Assembly: GCA_000708835.1 (NCBI GenBank)
Contig: DF237249.1
Coordinates: forward strand, 43,772-107,771
From: Klebsormidium nitens
Taxonomy: Eukaryota; Plantae; Klebsormidiophyceae
DNA: 64,000 nucleotides
Direction: 5' to 3'
In this document: positions 1 through 12,984 of the stretch, in pieces
Layout: every line of letters starts with the position of its first letter
How positions within the stretch are numbered: position 1 is the stretch's first letter
Program-made: the position numbers and the translations under genes
The notes under the pieces: generated by a model
What the model was told of the DNA's origin: nothing
What the model saw: the letters and a program-made list of their open reading frames with translations, nothing else
The model's database searches: none

Positions 1-98
1 TAAGGTTCCAACAATGCAATCTAGCAGGGACATCTCTCACCAACAAAAGAACAGTTTAGAGAAGAACCAGAACTTGAATAGGAGGCACATACACTCAC

Positions 99-880
99 CC
101 CTTCCTTTTGCAGGGTCCTCTTTAGACAGTCCATTGGCCCCTTGTATAGTCCGGCGCCTGAAGTGGACGCCTCACCCGCTGACCTCGCAGCTGACGCCAC
201 GCTGACATCAGGCTGGGTTTGCAACCGGACCTGCCCAACAGAACAAAGCTACCGAGATTCAGGAGAATACATAGGAGCTAAGGAGAACGAGGACAGCTAG
301 GCTGCCATGGCAACTTGAAGGCAATCTCCAGCTGCACGAAAACGTGTGTGCCAAAAGGGTTTGGCTAGCCAACAGCTGCTACAAGTGATAGGACGGGCTC
401 AGAAAGGGGGCTTCTGAGAGCGGTAAGATTGCAAAAAACCTATATTAGGGTTCAGAGATTAGGGTTTGCAAGGCGTTGACTATTGAGGAAGTAGATTTCA
501 GGTTTCGAAAGGTTCATGAACCCAAGAGCCAGGGTCTTACATTTTTGAGCGATCCACCTTGGCTTTTAGGACGAACCGCCAATACACCGATGAGCGCAAT
601 CGTTATTCGGGTCACCACTTATGCACTTCAGCAATCAAACAGAGAGCAGTCTAGAAGTCAGCACTCTGCAAGACTGACTCAGACACTCCTGCCAGGACAG
701 CAAAAGAGACTATTTGCTCTGTCAACTTTTCTCTGAAACGAACTTGGACCATCCTGAGAAAGATGACAGCATCAAACAAGAAAAAGGGACCCAGCGGCTC
801 ACCTTTATCAAGTCAAATGGATGCCCCACAACGATCCCTGCGCATCCACCCACAGTCCCAGCCACAAAGTCCAGAGCCAT
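99..880 (-). CDS. Mitochondrial carrier (SLC25) family protein, probably carnitine/acylcarnitine or basic amino acid carrier type; 5' part only, gene continues beyond the left edge
   Basis: Exon 1 880-803 = MALDFVAGTVGGCAGIVVGHPFDLIK; exon 2 230-99 = VRLQTQPDV...LYKGPMDCLKRTLQKEG. Contains the carrier signature PxD/ExxK/RxR (PFDLIKVRLQ) and the YkGxxDCxxxxxxxEG motif; GT-AG junctions are in phase. Confidence 0.9.
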
Positions 881-1410
881 CTTTCTGGGCCAGTCAAGAC
901 TGTCTAATCTTGACCCTTATGAAAGCTGAATCAGCATCCTAGGTTTTACAGATGAACATGACATTGGGGTGCAGTTTGCAGCGCTGCTTAGATGTGCATT
1001 CATTTACTGGATATGTTTACGTAGCATGCCAGGACTTCCTCCGCTTGAGTTTCACAGCCCCAATGCTTCTAATGCAGGGCATTCGCCAGTGGAAGGATTA
1101 CTGCAGACCCCGCCCCCTCTGACGCACCCTGTGTGATCGATGACCAACCAGCAAGCTCGATTCACCAATAGTACGGTATCCTGGACCTTCTGCGGCGCCA
1201 AAGCTTCAATCCAGGAGTCTTTTGACGGCCTCTGACGCTGCCACAGGCAAAGAGGAGGGGCGCCTTCCGACCACCATTGCGCCCACGATTGCTGGCAAGA
1301 TCCTCGGCTGGGAGGAGGTTTTCAATTCACCGCGTCTGGCTGAGCTGGCAGCGGGCCGTTGTGAAGAGATGCCACGTGGCGACCCGTAAGTCTCAAAATT
1401 CTATAGGTCC

Positions 1411-1424
1411 AATTTGGCGGGAAG
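1411..1424. promoter_or_regulatory. Possible overlapping E2F-type sites (TTTGGCGGGAA) between the divergent carrier and CBR genes
   Basis: Matches WTTSSCSS on both strands, inside a GC-rich stretch between the head-to-head starts at 880 and 1801. Motif match only. Confidence 0.25.
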
Positions 1425-1800
1425 CCGGCGGCCGCTCCGGCCCGCGGCCGCGAGAAACGCAATTGTCTTACCATTTCCGAGCGGTAATGACTTTGATTGA
1501 GGCATTTGCTCTAGTCTAGTTCGGCCTTGCGAGCGCTGGTCCAGCTTGCTGGACTTCTCCAGCTTCAGCCTTCACGGTTCACCACGGATGTCACCAGCGT
1601 TTTCAGCGACTTTGCATCGACTCGATCACACTGACAGCGTAGAGCTTGAAGGTTCGAAGAGAGGGGTTGCACCCAGTTGCACCTGCGAATGATCCGCTGC
1701 TCTTCACAAAGCTGGTTCTGTGTTTAGATCTAGCAAAACCGATAAGTTTCTCACTCCGACACAGCTGGTAGACTTTTCTTGCTGAAAGCGGTGCCGCATC

Positions 1801-4800
1801 ATGACTGCTAAGGAGGAGATTCTTCAGAGTCTCCGTGATGCAACTGGGCTGCAATTGTCCGATGACCATCTGACGATCCTCATTGCTTCCGCGGTGGTGT
1901 TCCTGACGGCTCTCTTTGTGTGGGCGCTGACTCCACGAAAGGCAAAGCGCAAGTGTAAGGGTCATCAGATCTGACAATCTGACCTCCTTAGCATGTCATC
2001 CGACGTATCGTTCCGGGTTGGAGCGAAGCGCCGATAAAAGGGTCGAGAACCAGATGAATTCTTGAAAGATCCTACTGCAGCAAGGTGCAGATTGTTGCAT
2101 TCGCTGGTGATACTTACAGTTTCTGTGCCCCAGAACGGGACTCTTCGCAGAGTGTGATACCTTGAATCCTGCGCTTAGCTGGGATTTGTGTTTGTCAGCT
2201 CAAGAACCGCCGCAAGACAAGGATGATTGATGCTGCTTCATTATTCCTCCATTGGCACTGACAAATGAGCCGTGTCGTTAGGATGATCCAAGTCACCAAG
2301 AGTCAGGTGCGGTAGTCAGGCATTAACGAGCGGTCAGTAGTTTGTGGTTAAGAGGGTGCTCTGATCTGGGTGTCAATGCCACTCACTTCACTTCTCCGGT
2401 CACTCTTGGATTCTATTTGAGACCTAGCAAATAAGTTACATAATCACTTCAAAGCTGGGCTACATAAAGTATGTCACTCGCTTTGGTGCTCAAGGCAAGC
2501 ACTTGAGCTCTGACTCAAACCCACAGATTGCCAGGAAACTCATGTAAATGCAGCAGTGACCGGGGTCAGTACTCAATCAAGTTTTGCTACCAACAAAATG
2601 AATCCTGATTTTCTTACCAACAGACGCTCCACCACCCAAAAACAGTACAGGAAATTTCTGCTTTTAAGGCAGTGTAGCTGTTTCTGCCCCTTGTGATTGC
2701 TTTTCAGGCCCCATCGGCTGAAAGCCTCCATAATCCGGCCAGTGGTGTCAAAGGAAGGGTTTTTTAGTGGTGTCAAAGAAAGGGTTTTTGGCGGCGTCAA
2801 AGAAACGAATACGGCGGTCTGAAAGAGAATGTTTTTAGTGGTGTCAGTGGTCAACTCAAGTACCCTGCATTAAAAAAGTCGAGCCCTTGTTCCAGGTTCT
2901 AAAAGAGTGCTTCTGGGCCCATCGACAGCTGGCGATGCAAAGTATCTGCCGTTGACAGCTGTCAGCGCTTGTTCCGTGCAGATGCCCTTGACCCCGAGTC
3001 GTGGACCAAGTTTCAGATGGTCAAAAAGGAGCACGTCAGCCACAACTCACGGCGCTTCCGGTTCGCTCTCCAAACAGAGGAGACGATACTTGGCCTGCCG
3101 ATCGGCCAGCACATCTCAATACAGTAAGGAACATGAACCCGTTGCCCAGATCTTTTTGCATCATGTGGCAAAATGCCGACGGTGGTCGATGCAGTGTCCG
3201 AAGATGGTAGGTCATCGGCGATCCATGCATTGGGCAGTGTGCACAGGGTGTCCAACTTTCTGGGCTCTGGTTAAAATTCTGTGGATGCTTTGGTCCAAAG
3301 CAGAGGAAAGCCCGACTCGAATTTATGAAGAGTCTCTTAGATGCCTTCCTGTATCATAGATCATTCAAGACTCGTACAGGCTTAATGTCCAATTCTTGCC
3401 TTCACCATGGTGCACGGCAATAGCAGGAGCATCTGGGGTTGTCTGCAGGCGAGAAACTACATGCCCAGTGTTTTGCTGGGGCTCAGTGTCCCAGGTCTAT
3501 GTCAATGAGAGCAGTTTGCATGTTTGCCTGGTTATGTAACAACTCGGTCCGTTGCATCTTCCAGGGGGGTAGATGAGGAGGGCAAAGAGTTCAGCCGCCC
3601 ATACACGCCCACAACGTTGGACGACGATGTTGGCCACTTCGAGCTCGTCATCAAGGTACGACAAAAACGCCGAAACTTCAGACGTCGTGTTAGACCCACA
3701 CTTTCCTGGGCCCTGAGTTTTTGAAAGGGGCGCAATGAGACTCGATGACGCAACAGGAATACTGTTGGCCTGTTAGATGTGGCCTGGCAGCTGTAACAGT
3801 AATAGCCTTTGGGCCAACGATCTGTCAATCTCCTCTCCGCGAGCATCTTTGTTCGCTTTACATATCGGAGTCCTACAAGACCATTACGAACCACCTTGAC
3901 CGCCTGGATTCGTGCACAAGGGCGCACGGATTTAATCTGAAGAAGACATGAGTGGTGACCTTCAATCCTTCCGCCTCAAGCGACCCTCACGTTCAAAGTT
4001 CTGTTAACGGCTGCCCGACTGCTTGAGCAGAATCGGAACCTCAAACGCTGAAACAAGTCCATCCCCAACTGGACAGGCCAGATTGGTGGGCCCGACCCTG
4101 CTTCTTGTGACCTTTTCCGGCTTGTTGATGCATCCGCTTTTAGTGAAACACTCGTCCATCATTTGTGCAGGTGTATCCGCAGGGGAAGATGTCGCAATGC
4201 CTGGAGAAGCTGTCTGTCGGAACGTACGTTCCGTTCAAGGGGCCGAAGGTGGGGGCACCGTGACGTTGCTCGCCGACGCCTGTTTGTTCCTGTTGATTCT
4301 GAAATAAGGTTTACTTTTATCTTCGCTCCAATCACGCAAAAGTGCGCTTTTTTACCCAGTTCACGGACTGGTGCTCATGTATGGCTGGCCAGTCCGCCAA
4401 AAAAGTGCGTTTCGAAAGCTCTTCAAAGACGTATTTGTGGAGGTGCTAGGCTACACGATACCCTCGGAGAGCCCAAAGCGAATGGCTTGGTTGGGAGCGC
4501 TTTTCTCAGCATGCTTTTGGTATCAAGTCAAAAGGGTGAAGAGAGGATGGGCCGTCGGCAATCCTATCAAAATAGATCGAAGCACCATCGCGGGCTCTTG
4601 TGCGCGAACGTCTTCTTGGGTTCGGAATAAAGCTTTTGGGGCCTCACAAAAGGAGAGTCAACGTTTGCAATGTCGCTTGATTCATCCCTCCTCACGGAAG
4701 GAGACTCAACGTTTGCAACGTCGCTTGATTCATCCACCCCTCACGATTGGGAGATCTAATATCGTCAAAAAGAAATCCGTGAATATTAAAAGCACGTGTC

Positions 4801-7418
4801 TCCCTCCTGCCCCAGGGCCGTTTCACGTACACTTCGGGGCAAGTACGGGAGTTTGGGATGCTTGCGGGAGGAACCGGGATCACACCGATGTTCCAGGTAC
4901 GCCACATGTCTCTTTGATCTAGCAAAAGTAGGCTCCTACGCTAGCAGTCATACCTAACTCACAAATTACCTGCTCCGTACCTAACTCGCCTGAAACCCCC
5001 AGACTAACCCCACCCGTTTCAGGCTGGGCAGCTTACGTTTGCCAAGTCTTACTTCTGCTGAATCGAAGCCTCTTGTACCCCCCCGTTTCCGCGCCGATTA
5101 CGTTGGACCCGATACGTACTTCTCCTACATTGGAACTTTTGAGACCAAGCCACTGGTTCAAGGTTTTTCAATCCCGGTCATTTGGTGGTCCTTGTAAGAT
5201 ACTACTAGAGTTCCTAACGTTTTGCACAGCGCCCAACCTGCTAAGCAAAAGGATGGCTAGGAATCTGTCCGTTCGTGCATTCGAGATTGGGGGCAATGGT
5301 TTTGCGTCCACATGCTTAGCATAGTGCAGCGAAGCTTTTATCTTTAGCACACAGCCTAAGACATGTTCCTGCCATTCGTGGGTCGTTGGACCATGGACGC
5401 TTCCGTGTTTGACAGTACTCGCTTCTTATCGCCGCTTGGGCCAATCTTGCTGAAGGTATTTGGAAACGGGATGAACAATGCTGGTTCTACCGAGCTTCGA
5501 GGTTGCTCGAGAGGCCCTTTTCAGAGAAGCTCGGTTATCAAACTTGAGTGCGTAGCTTCTCGACCTGCTTGCCACTTGGTTCTAAGATTACCAGATCTCC
5601 TCCTTTTCTTACCGACTTACAGGTCCTGAAATTCATCTTGAAGGACCCGTCTGACAACACGAAAGTAAAGCTCATTTACGCGAACATCTCGTTAGGGGAC
5701 ATTCTTTTGAAGGTAAGGATCGTTGCGTCGAAACGGCGCGCGCGCTTCTTCTTAAGAAGTGGTTGCACGGTCGATTCCCTTCGTGTAAGCAGAATTCCGA
5801 CTTCCATTGCAATGATTGGTCAAAGCCCACAAAAGCCGCAGGCTATCAACCTTTTCAAACAGGGGGTGACCTTTCCCCGTACGCTGCCAACAACCGACCT
5901 CTAACTCGATAAGGATTTTTTTCTTTTCTCCCTCAGTAAATGTCTTTGAGAGCAAATAGTTGCACTTGAGGGGCGTGCGCTGTGCCAGGTGTCAGACCTT
6001 CAGACCCGAGCTGCCTTCTGTTTGCGGCTGTCGCAATGAGCAGCAATCCTCTCGATTGGATGGGTACTCGGCATGCGATCTCCTAAGAAAGCCGGACTTG
6101 CGATTCCGCAAGGCTCCCTCATAATCATTCCACTGCATAAAGCTCATTCAGCGAGCTCTAATCTATTGCTTGACAAGCCGAAGCCACCACAGTTTGGAAA
6201 GGCAGCTGGGTTCTCCTGAAAATCACGGTCTGACCCATTTCCGGTTTCTGTGTGCTTTTGCACTGATTAGTTTTTGCAGCACTAAAAGTTGAGTCTGACT
6301 GACACGCTTCTCGTCTCTTCCGCAGGACGAACTAGACTCGTTTGCGAAGCTGCATCCGAACAAGTTCAGCATATACTACGTTCTGAATGACGTAAGCACA
6401 CGTCCCAGTCCCGTGTCTATCGCTGCTCAAAACGAGCCAAGGAATCCCCTCTCATGCTCTTGAATCTGCTTCGAACAGCGCAGGCTCTCGCGCAAAGGAT
6501 ATTAATGGTAATGTCCAGTGCTTTCGACTGGCAAGCTGCTCTTGTTTGTTCCTCTGGTTAGGGTTCCAAGTAAGTCAGCAATGGTTGCAACTTTTCCAGC
6601 GAATATGCGCAGACTTTGGACGTCACTGGTGGAAACGCGTGTTCGCGAGTCACATCGGAATCATTGCGCCAGTTACCTCTTGTGAACGTTCAGCCGTCAG
6701 ATCGACGGCGCTCAGAAAAGCACTTTGTCAAACTATCTATTCTTTTACGTCTTTCGTTTTGCCTCCCTAGACAAGTGCGTTTCCGTACCCGGTACGTTGA
6801 CACCATCCTCGTCTTTGTTATGCAGCCGCCGCCAGGGTGGACCGGCGGTGTCGGCTTCGTTTCCGCGGACATGATCAAAGCGCACTTGCCAGCACCAGCG
6901 GAAGATGTCAAGGTGAGTGCTTGGAACATCCGCCTTCATGATTCCACTAATTTGTCGCCTTCGTAGTTCGCTGTTCCGTGCGAGCCCCTTTTGTACAGAA
7001 GACTTCGAGAACCGTTTTTAGATACATCGCACTGCCGGTTTGAAGATGCTTGAACTGCTTTGAGTAAGTTCGGCGGCGGAGGGGAACTGAACTGGCTGAC
7101 GACTTTCGATAGAGTGCCTTCCTCATTGAAGAGAGCTGCTCCTCCACTTCTCAGCACGAGGAGCTTTGCATTGTTCCTTGTAAATCTTGGAGATGATTTT
7201 ATTCTGCTTGACTGCTTCCATCCCTCTCCGATGCGCAGCTGGTACCGCCCGACAATCTGATGCTGTTGCGAGCCTATCGCCTACAAACGGATGCTCATAT
7301 GAAAGTTCTTTCTTTTGTGGCGCAGATTTTGCGATGCGGCCCGCCTCCGATGAACAAGGCCATGGCTGCCCACTTGGACGCACTCGGCTACTCCAAGGAG
7401 ATGCAATTCCAGTTCTAG
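1801..7418 (+). CDS. CBR1: NADH-cytochrome b5 reductase (microsomal type with N-terminal membrane anchor), 9 exons
   Basis: Exons 1801-1954, 2982-3123, 3565-3655, 4171-4248, 4816-4896, 5623-5712, 6326-6391, 6826-6912, 7326-7418, all GT-AG and in phase. Motifs: [15 protein letters not shown] (FAD binding), [24 protein letters not shown] (NADH binding), LIYAN, CGPPPM, C-terminal QFQF*. Hydrophobic N-terminal anchor [20 protein letters not shown]. Confidence 0.95.
2741..2850. repeat. Degenerate ~24-bp minisatellite (AGTGGTGTCAAAGAAAGGGTTTTT-like, 4-5 copies) in CBR intron 1
   Basis: Direct repeats read at 2741, 2766, ~2790, ~2813 and a partial copy at ~2837. Confidence 0.7.
4653..4740. repeat. 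~48-bp tandem duplication in CBR intron 4
   Basis: GAGTCAACGTTTGCAATGTCGCTTGATTCATCC is followed by GACTCAACGTTTGCAACGTCGCTTGATTCATCC. Confidence 0.75.
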
Positions 7419-9506
7419 ACACAAAGGAAGTTTTGGCTGCTGACCAGGCTAATAACCAGACTTGAAACTGGGGTTGCCGAAATGATGACCGGGCCTTGAC
7501 TTCGTTCCAAGGTTGCTTGCCGCCCAAGTCTGGTTTCTGGTGGTTATAAGCACTTCGTAACGAGGTTCATAACCATCCATGGTTAAGTGCTGAAACCTCC
7601 TGTGACAAGAGACGTTGCTTTCTTCCAGTAACGGTCTGGTGCCCAAACAAACCGAATTCCACTGGAGACACTAATTTCAAAGCTTTTGCAAATGACGATT
7701 GGTTGGGAAGGCGTACTGACATTGAAACGTGCAGAGTAGTCGTTCGGCTCCGGGGCGGCTTCTGCCTGGCTTGTTCTGGTTCAGGTGATGACTGTGTTTG
7801 CTTCAACATAGGCTCGATATCTTTGCAAGCCGGAAACTTTCGCGAACATCCGCTATTCAAGCTAGACACTAGGTGGCCCAGTACGTGCTGGAAATCACAA
7901 ACCACTTGAATGCGGCGGCCTCTTGAGGGGTTTGTGGCACCAACATACTCGATAGCTGCATGACTTCTTGGATTCTCGGACATAAGGTTCGATAATCGAG
8001 ATTGACAGGAGACGATATAAAAGACTAGCAACATACTCCGAGTACTTGATCACCCGCGGATCCGAATCAAGAACACGGTTGCATGTCCCCAGCTCGATGT
8101 AAGGAGTGCAACTAGTGCCGGAGAAAAACGTCGCGACTTTTGGCCGTGAGGTCCTTGAATTGCCTTATCAGAACCTATTGTCGCATCCCGGCCACATGGT
8201 TTTCGTGAAGCAGTATATAATTCGTATCGATCCGCTGCCAAGAGCATGACTTTCTGGAGTACCAGCTCGCGCCACTTCCATGGCAGATGACATGGTCGCG
8301 CCATATAGTCTTCTCGATTCGTGGGTCAGAGCAAGCTACTAGGCCGCTTGAGGGGATTCTGCTTTCATGTCGGGGCCCGAGGGGACTCGAGGAGTGCTTT
8401 CAGGTTTCCGACGTAGCGGGACTAAGCCGTGACGACATAATATGTCGAGCCGGCCGCTCAGCTGGGCAAGATCTTTCCCATGGCTCGGATGATCCCTGGC
8501 CGACAGATCACGGTGGATCCCGCGCTGAGTCGGCCCGGTGCCGGCGCCGCCGAGTCCGAGTCGGACTCCAGCCTGGAGTTCGACTTGGTCGGAGAGTGCC
8601 ACGTGGACTTTCCTCTCTTCCAAAGCTGAGCTCCGGCGAGTACGGAAAACGTACCCGGGCGGCCTCGGCTTGCATCGGCGACTCTGGCCCGGGCCCCTGC
8701 TCACTAGCCAGAACTCAATATGTACTGCCGGTCGTAAGGTCGACGAAAGGACAAGCCTTGTAAGCCAGTGCAACCTTACGCAAACAAGGTTTCTAGGTTT
8801 CGCTGTCACCTCGGAAGGACCATGCTCTCCACAGCATCAGGTCAAAAGTTTCTGCATACATAAGCTTCCGTCGTTGTGTAGCTGAAGCACGTTGAAAGTC
8901 CATTGGCACTTCCTTCGCTCCACAAGCCGCCCTCAGCAACCAAGCCTTCCTGCATCTTCGAGCTCTCAGACGCTTCCTCGCTACGGAGGTCACGAGTGTC
9001 TGCGCATCTCAACAGCGCTTCACCACCGAACGAGAGCGAGAGCGACATCGCGGCGGCAGCGGCGCCAAAATTTTCCCTTCTGGTGTAAGGGACGGTGAGA
9101 AGGTGCGCTGAGATTGGTTCTCCTTGGATTTTTCCGACTACTTGATCATCAGTGCGCCCACCACCTCACCTAGCGTTCTTTCTAAAATGAGCCCAAGTGA
9201 TCAGAAGCTGCCTTTGTCGCTTTACTGCGTTCTGCAATCCTGATCAGGTGGACTGTTTTTCAGAGGGCCGATTTGCTTTCATTGTTCTTTGCGCGCTTGC
9301 GTGTGCGTACCCCGCCTTTTACTATCCCAAGTTAGTTGCCTCGCTGAGGAACTTAGCGCAGAATTGTGCAATTTCCCAGGCATACCCGTCTCTCCTTTGG
9401 TAGCCATCGATGCTGACACGTGTACGGCAACGCTCCTCTCTGTCGGGATCAAACAATACTATAAAATACTCATGGTTGTCAGATTGTGTTGCAGGTCCAG
9501 CGAAAC

Positions 9507-11238
9507 ATGGCTATGAACTCTGTTCACGCTCCGACCTTCGCCCTGTTCCTTCTGTTGGGGACCCTCTGTGCGGGCCTTGCAGCCGCGCAGTCGCCCAGCA
9601 ATTCCACTCCGGGCGTTCCATCCACCGGCTGCACTTGTACGTGTCCGCCCAGTACCAGTAAGTACTTGGTTAACGTACTCGACACTATCGCCATCCAATC
9701 AAGTTGCAAACAATCAGATTAGAGAATCAGTTTTGACCTCAACTCCATTAAAGCTTCAAGTCGCAATCGCCATTCTGAAATCTGAGTAAGCTTGAGTTTT
9801 GCACGGGTTATCAGTATTGAGGCTGGGATCACAGCACTTTCGGGGGACTTCACCCAGATGGATTTATCTGCCTTTCTGAGTGCGTTAGGTCTAGAATAAG
9901 CGGCTTCTAGCCTGCACTATTCTCCTCTGGCTACGGACCAGAGCGAAAGGTGTTCATCAAACCGACATCCAGATCCCTTCTGAGACACTGTCACCCTTCT
10001 TTTTGAAACAAAAATCTTCATCTTTTTCACCTTAACTCTGAAACCGCCTCCATCTTTCCGCCCGAGTCAGCTGCTTCTCCAGCGAAAAAGCCGTTGCACC
10101 CAATTTGCACGTCGCCAATCCGCAACGCTTGCGTCCCGCAAGGATCCCCCTGCCCCCTTGAAAAAGTCCCTCAAGTGGGGTTTGCACCTGAATTGAATGT
10201 TCGGTACGTGTCGACACCTCTCTGACGTCATCTTTCTCACCTCTCTGACGTCATCTTTCTCACCTCTCTGACGTCATCTTTCCCACCTCTTTGACGTCAT
10301 CGCTCCCCAAAAACTGCAGCTTGCTCCGAGCTTCAGGGCCGTTGTGATTGGTACTTCCTGGGCAGTGGCCCCGGCAGCCCCACGCCAACTTTCAACCTTA
10401 GAGACGGCCAAGGGGATCATGCCATCAGCCCCCCAATCACTTACAAGTAAGAGTTTCTGACTTTTTGGAAATGTGACTGCTCCGGCTCCTTTTCAGTCCA
10501 CGTATCGATTAGTATTCGAGGCAACAATGTCTGGTAAGTGGACAAAACGAGTTATAAGCATTTTCAACTGGAGATGACGTTGCAAGTTGAAGGCCCGAGC
10601 GAAGCTTGAAGGTCCAACAACCAATGTCTGATTTGTTTTGCGCTCGGTCTCATCACTCCACTTGGAAAGCTCCAATCGAACGATGAATCACAGGCCCCTT
10701 TGACAATCCACAAATCTGTTCTAGCAGGCACTTACCTCGAGAAGGCGGTAGGATCCCGTCTGGCGTGGTAATTGCGTCTAAAAATCAAAACGACTGGTTT
10801 GCGTTCTCTTTAAGTGAGTTATTGTGTCACAGGACAGACCCTCTCAAACAGAGAAGCGGTCTCGTTGATAAAACCTCTTATCCATCAAACGTTTTGAGAG
10901 TACGGGGAACTTACTCGAGCTTGCCCAGTTTCTGAGCGAGCTTCTCAATCTCCTGCAGGGACGGTCAGACGGTTCTGGCAGCTAACACCAACGGCGGCTA
11001 CACTTACACGGGTGCGGCAATCCCCAACGAGAGCCAGAACCAATTCTATGGGAACGGCGCTTACGTCTACTACAGAACGTTCAACTACCCTCTGAGCGTC
11101 GAGAATTACAAGGGTCGCTGCTTCCTCCTCCCCCTCACTGAAATCGAGCTCGGCGATGGGTCCAACCTCAACAGGGGCGACGGAAACGCGGCCTACTTGG
11201 AGTCCCGCCGCTGCGTCGTGTTCGCGACTCAGGCGTAA
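9507..11238 (+). CDS. Small secreted protein of unknown family (2 exons; exon 2 has a frame ambiguity)
   Basis: Exon 1 9507-9657 = signal peptide MAMNSVHAPTFALFLLLGTLCAGLAAA + QSPSNSTPGVPSTGCTCTCPPST, ending A|GTAAGT. Exon 2 follows a strong acceptor at 10958 and has GC3-rich codons; its 3' frame reads QFYGNGAYVYYRTFNYPLSVENYKGRCFLLPLTEIELGDGSNLNRGDGNAAYLESRRCVVFATQA*. Confidence 0.65.
10215..10300. repeat. 23-bp tandem repeat x4 (CACCTCTCTGACGTCATCTTTCT), each unit with a TGACGTCA palindrome
   Basis: Units at 10215, 10238, 10261 and 10284; TGACGTCA at 10223, 10246, 10269 and 10292. Confidence 0.9.
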
Positions 11239-12984
11239 TGAGACGAATTGTACCTCAGCCTCAGTATGTTTGAGGCACCTAGGGAGAGGTTTGAGTTTGG
11301 AGGGATTGAAGGAGATGAAAGATTGCACGGATGACTGAGCAATCGAAAGATTGCATGCAAGGGTCAGTGTAAACAGATTGTGCGTGAGAGTCTAAAGTTT
11401 CAGCAGTTAAGATCTATTATATAGACCAGCATAGGGTTTTCAATGAGTGTACTTCAGAGAACACTTCGCATGAATAGAGATTTGCATTTTCAATTGATAA
11501 GCTCAACGTAAAATGTGCGGCTTTGACTTTCTGTACCATAGAGAACAATAAACTGTCCGGTCACAGTGTCAAGCTGATGACCTGACTGAAGTACTCTTTA
11601 ATTAATGCTTAGTGTAGATCCTTCGATGTATTATTCCAAATGTACTCCGACCTGATTGTGTTCTCTGAATTAATGAAACCGGCGGCTCTCGAGCTGAATG
11701 AGTGCTCGAATCTGCCAGTGAATGTGTGAATACGCTTCAGACTATAGTCATACCAAGCGATATACATGGAAGAAACAGGCGTCCGTTGAAACGTTTAATG
11801 GTTTAAACTCTCCTGCCTTCGAACGTTTGAATGTGATGATCAGGCGTGAGTCATACCGAATGCCCAACAATGTTGACCGTATATGGCTGACCCACTCTAG
11901 TATTTACTTTGCACCGTGCACCCATTTAGACGCTAACAGGATACGTCAAGGATCTAGCTGGACGATGTTGTGCATGTGCACGTGGTAATATTCGTTCCGA
12001 GCTCTGTGCTGCTTACACTGGACCTGCCAAGTGATTTCGGAGGAAAAGCCGTTTGCTACCGTCAGGATCCAGCTGTTAACCGAATATTTTGGTGAATGCC
12101 CCGGCGCCTATTCAGCGGCTCGGTCCACTCCGGGCTCTAATCGACTGCCTCTGCCTTTACCCTGCTAGTTTTGAATCCTAGATTTTTGAATCAAGGTGGC
12201 CTCTAACCAACGTCGAGAAACTGGTTTGCTCTGAATCGAGGACCGTTTGCCGGCCTCCCCCTCCCGTAGGGGCGCACGGAGTTCTCGGTGAAGGGATTCG
12301 ATTGAGCAGGAAGCCTGATTAGCGGTTTATCCATCTTTCATGCCTTTCGTCTCTCCTCCCTGAATCTGCCGAGGAGCCGCATCACCTCGTTGCGTACGTC
12401 ACCTCAGTATCATGCTCGTCGAACTTTTTCGCCTCGGAAAGTAGGTCGCATCATCTTCTCCGAAGGCTCCTGATTCCAGCACAGTGCTCATGAAGCAAGA
12501 GCAACGAGGCAGGCGTTGGGGTCTCTAGTAGATCCGCACTGGGCGGAATGCTTCTCTTCGTCTCGCGCTGCCTCGATCGCCGGCCCCCATGATCCAACCT
12601 TGTGCTGGCAAGGATCTCTTCGTCTCCGTTTGAAAGAGTCTCTAGTGCTCCCATGATCGCCTCGGCGCAAATATACGCAGGCGCAGCTGACTGGGCCTCA
12701 GCACCTACTGAGCCGAAAATTGCGCGAAATAGAGCGAAGTTGTAACCATGTTTCAGACTGCGAAGGGGCCGAGTCTAGAGCTACCTTCCGAAGCATTTTG
12801 CTTCTCAAAGGCCCACCGTGACTTTCCGTCCAGGATCACCGTGCCAGAAAGAAACTCGGCAATCGCGTCAAGTCACATTTCCATTCGCAGAAGTTGCGTT
12901 GCGGATCAAGAAAGTAAGGCGCGCTTGAGTGGAAGTTCTCTGGCTCGTCATCCTGCCTTTGTCTTCACCCCCTTCGCGAGGAAC

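Noticed and set aside
445-470. TTAGGGTT telomere-like / telo-box words
   Set aside because: Isolated copies inside an intron, not an array.
2545-2872. Possible MITE around the CBR intron minisatellite
   Set aside because: Only a 7-bp inverted match (AATGCAG/CTGCATT) and no target-site duplication.
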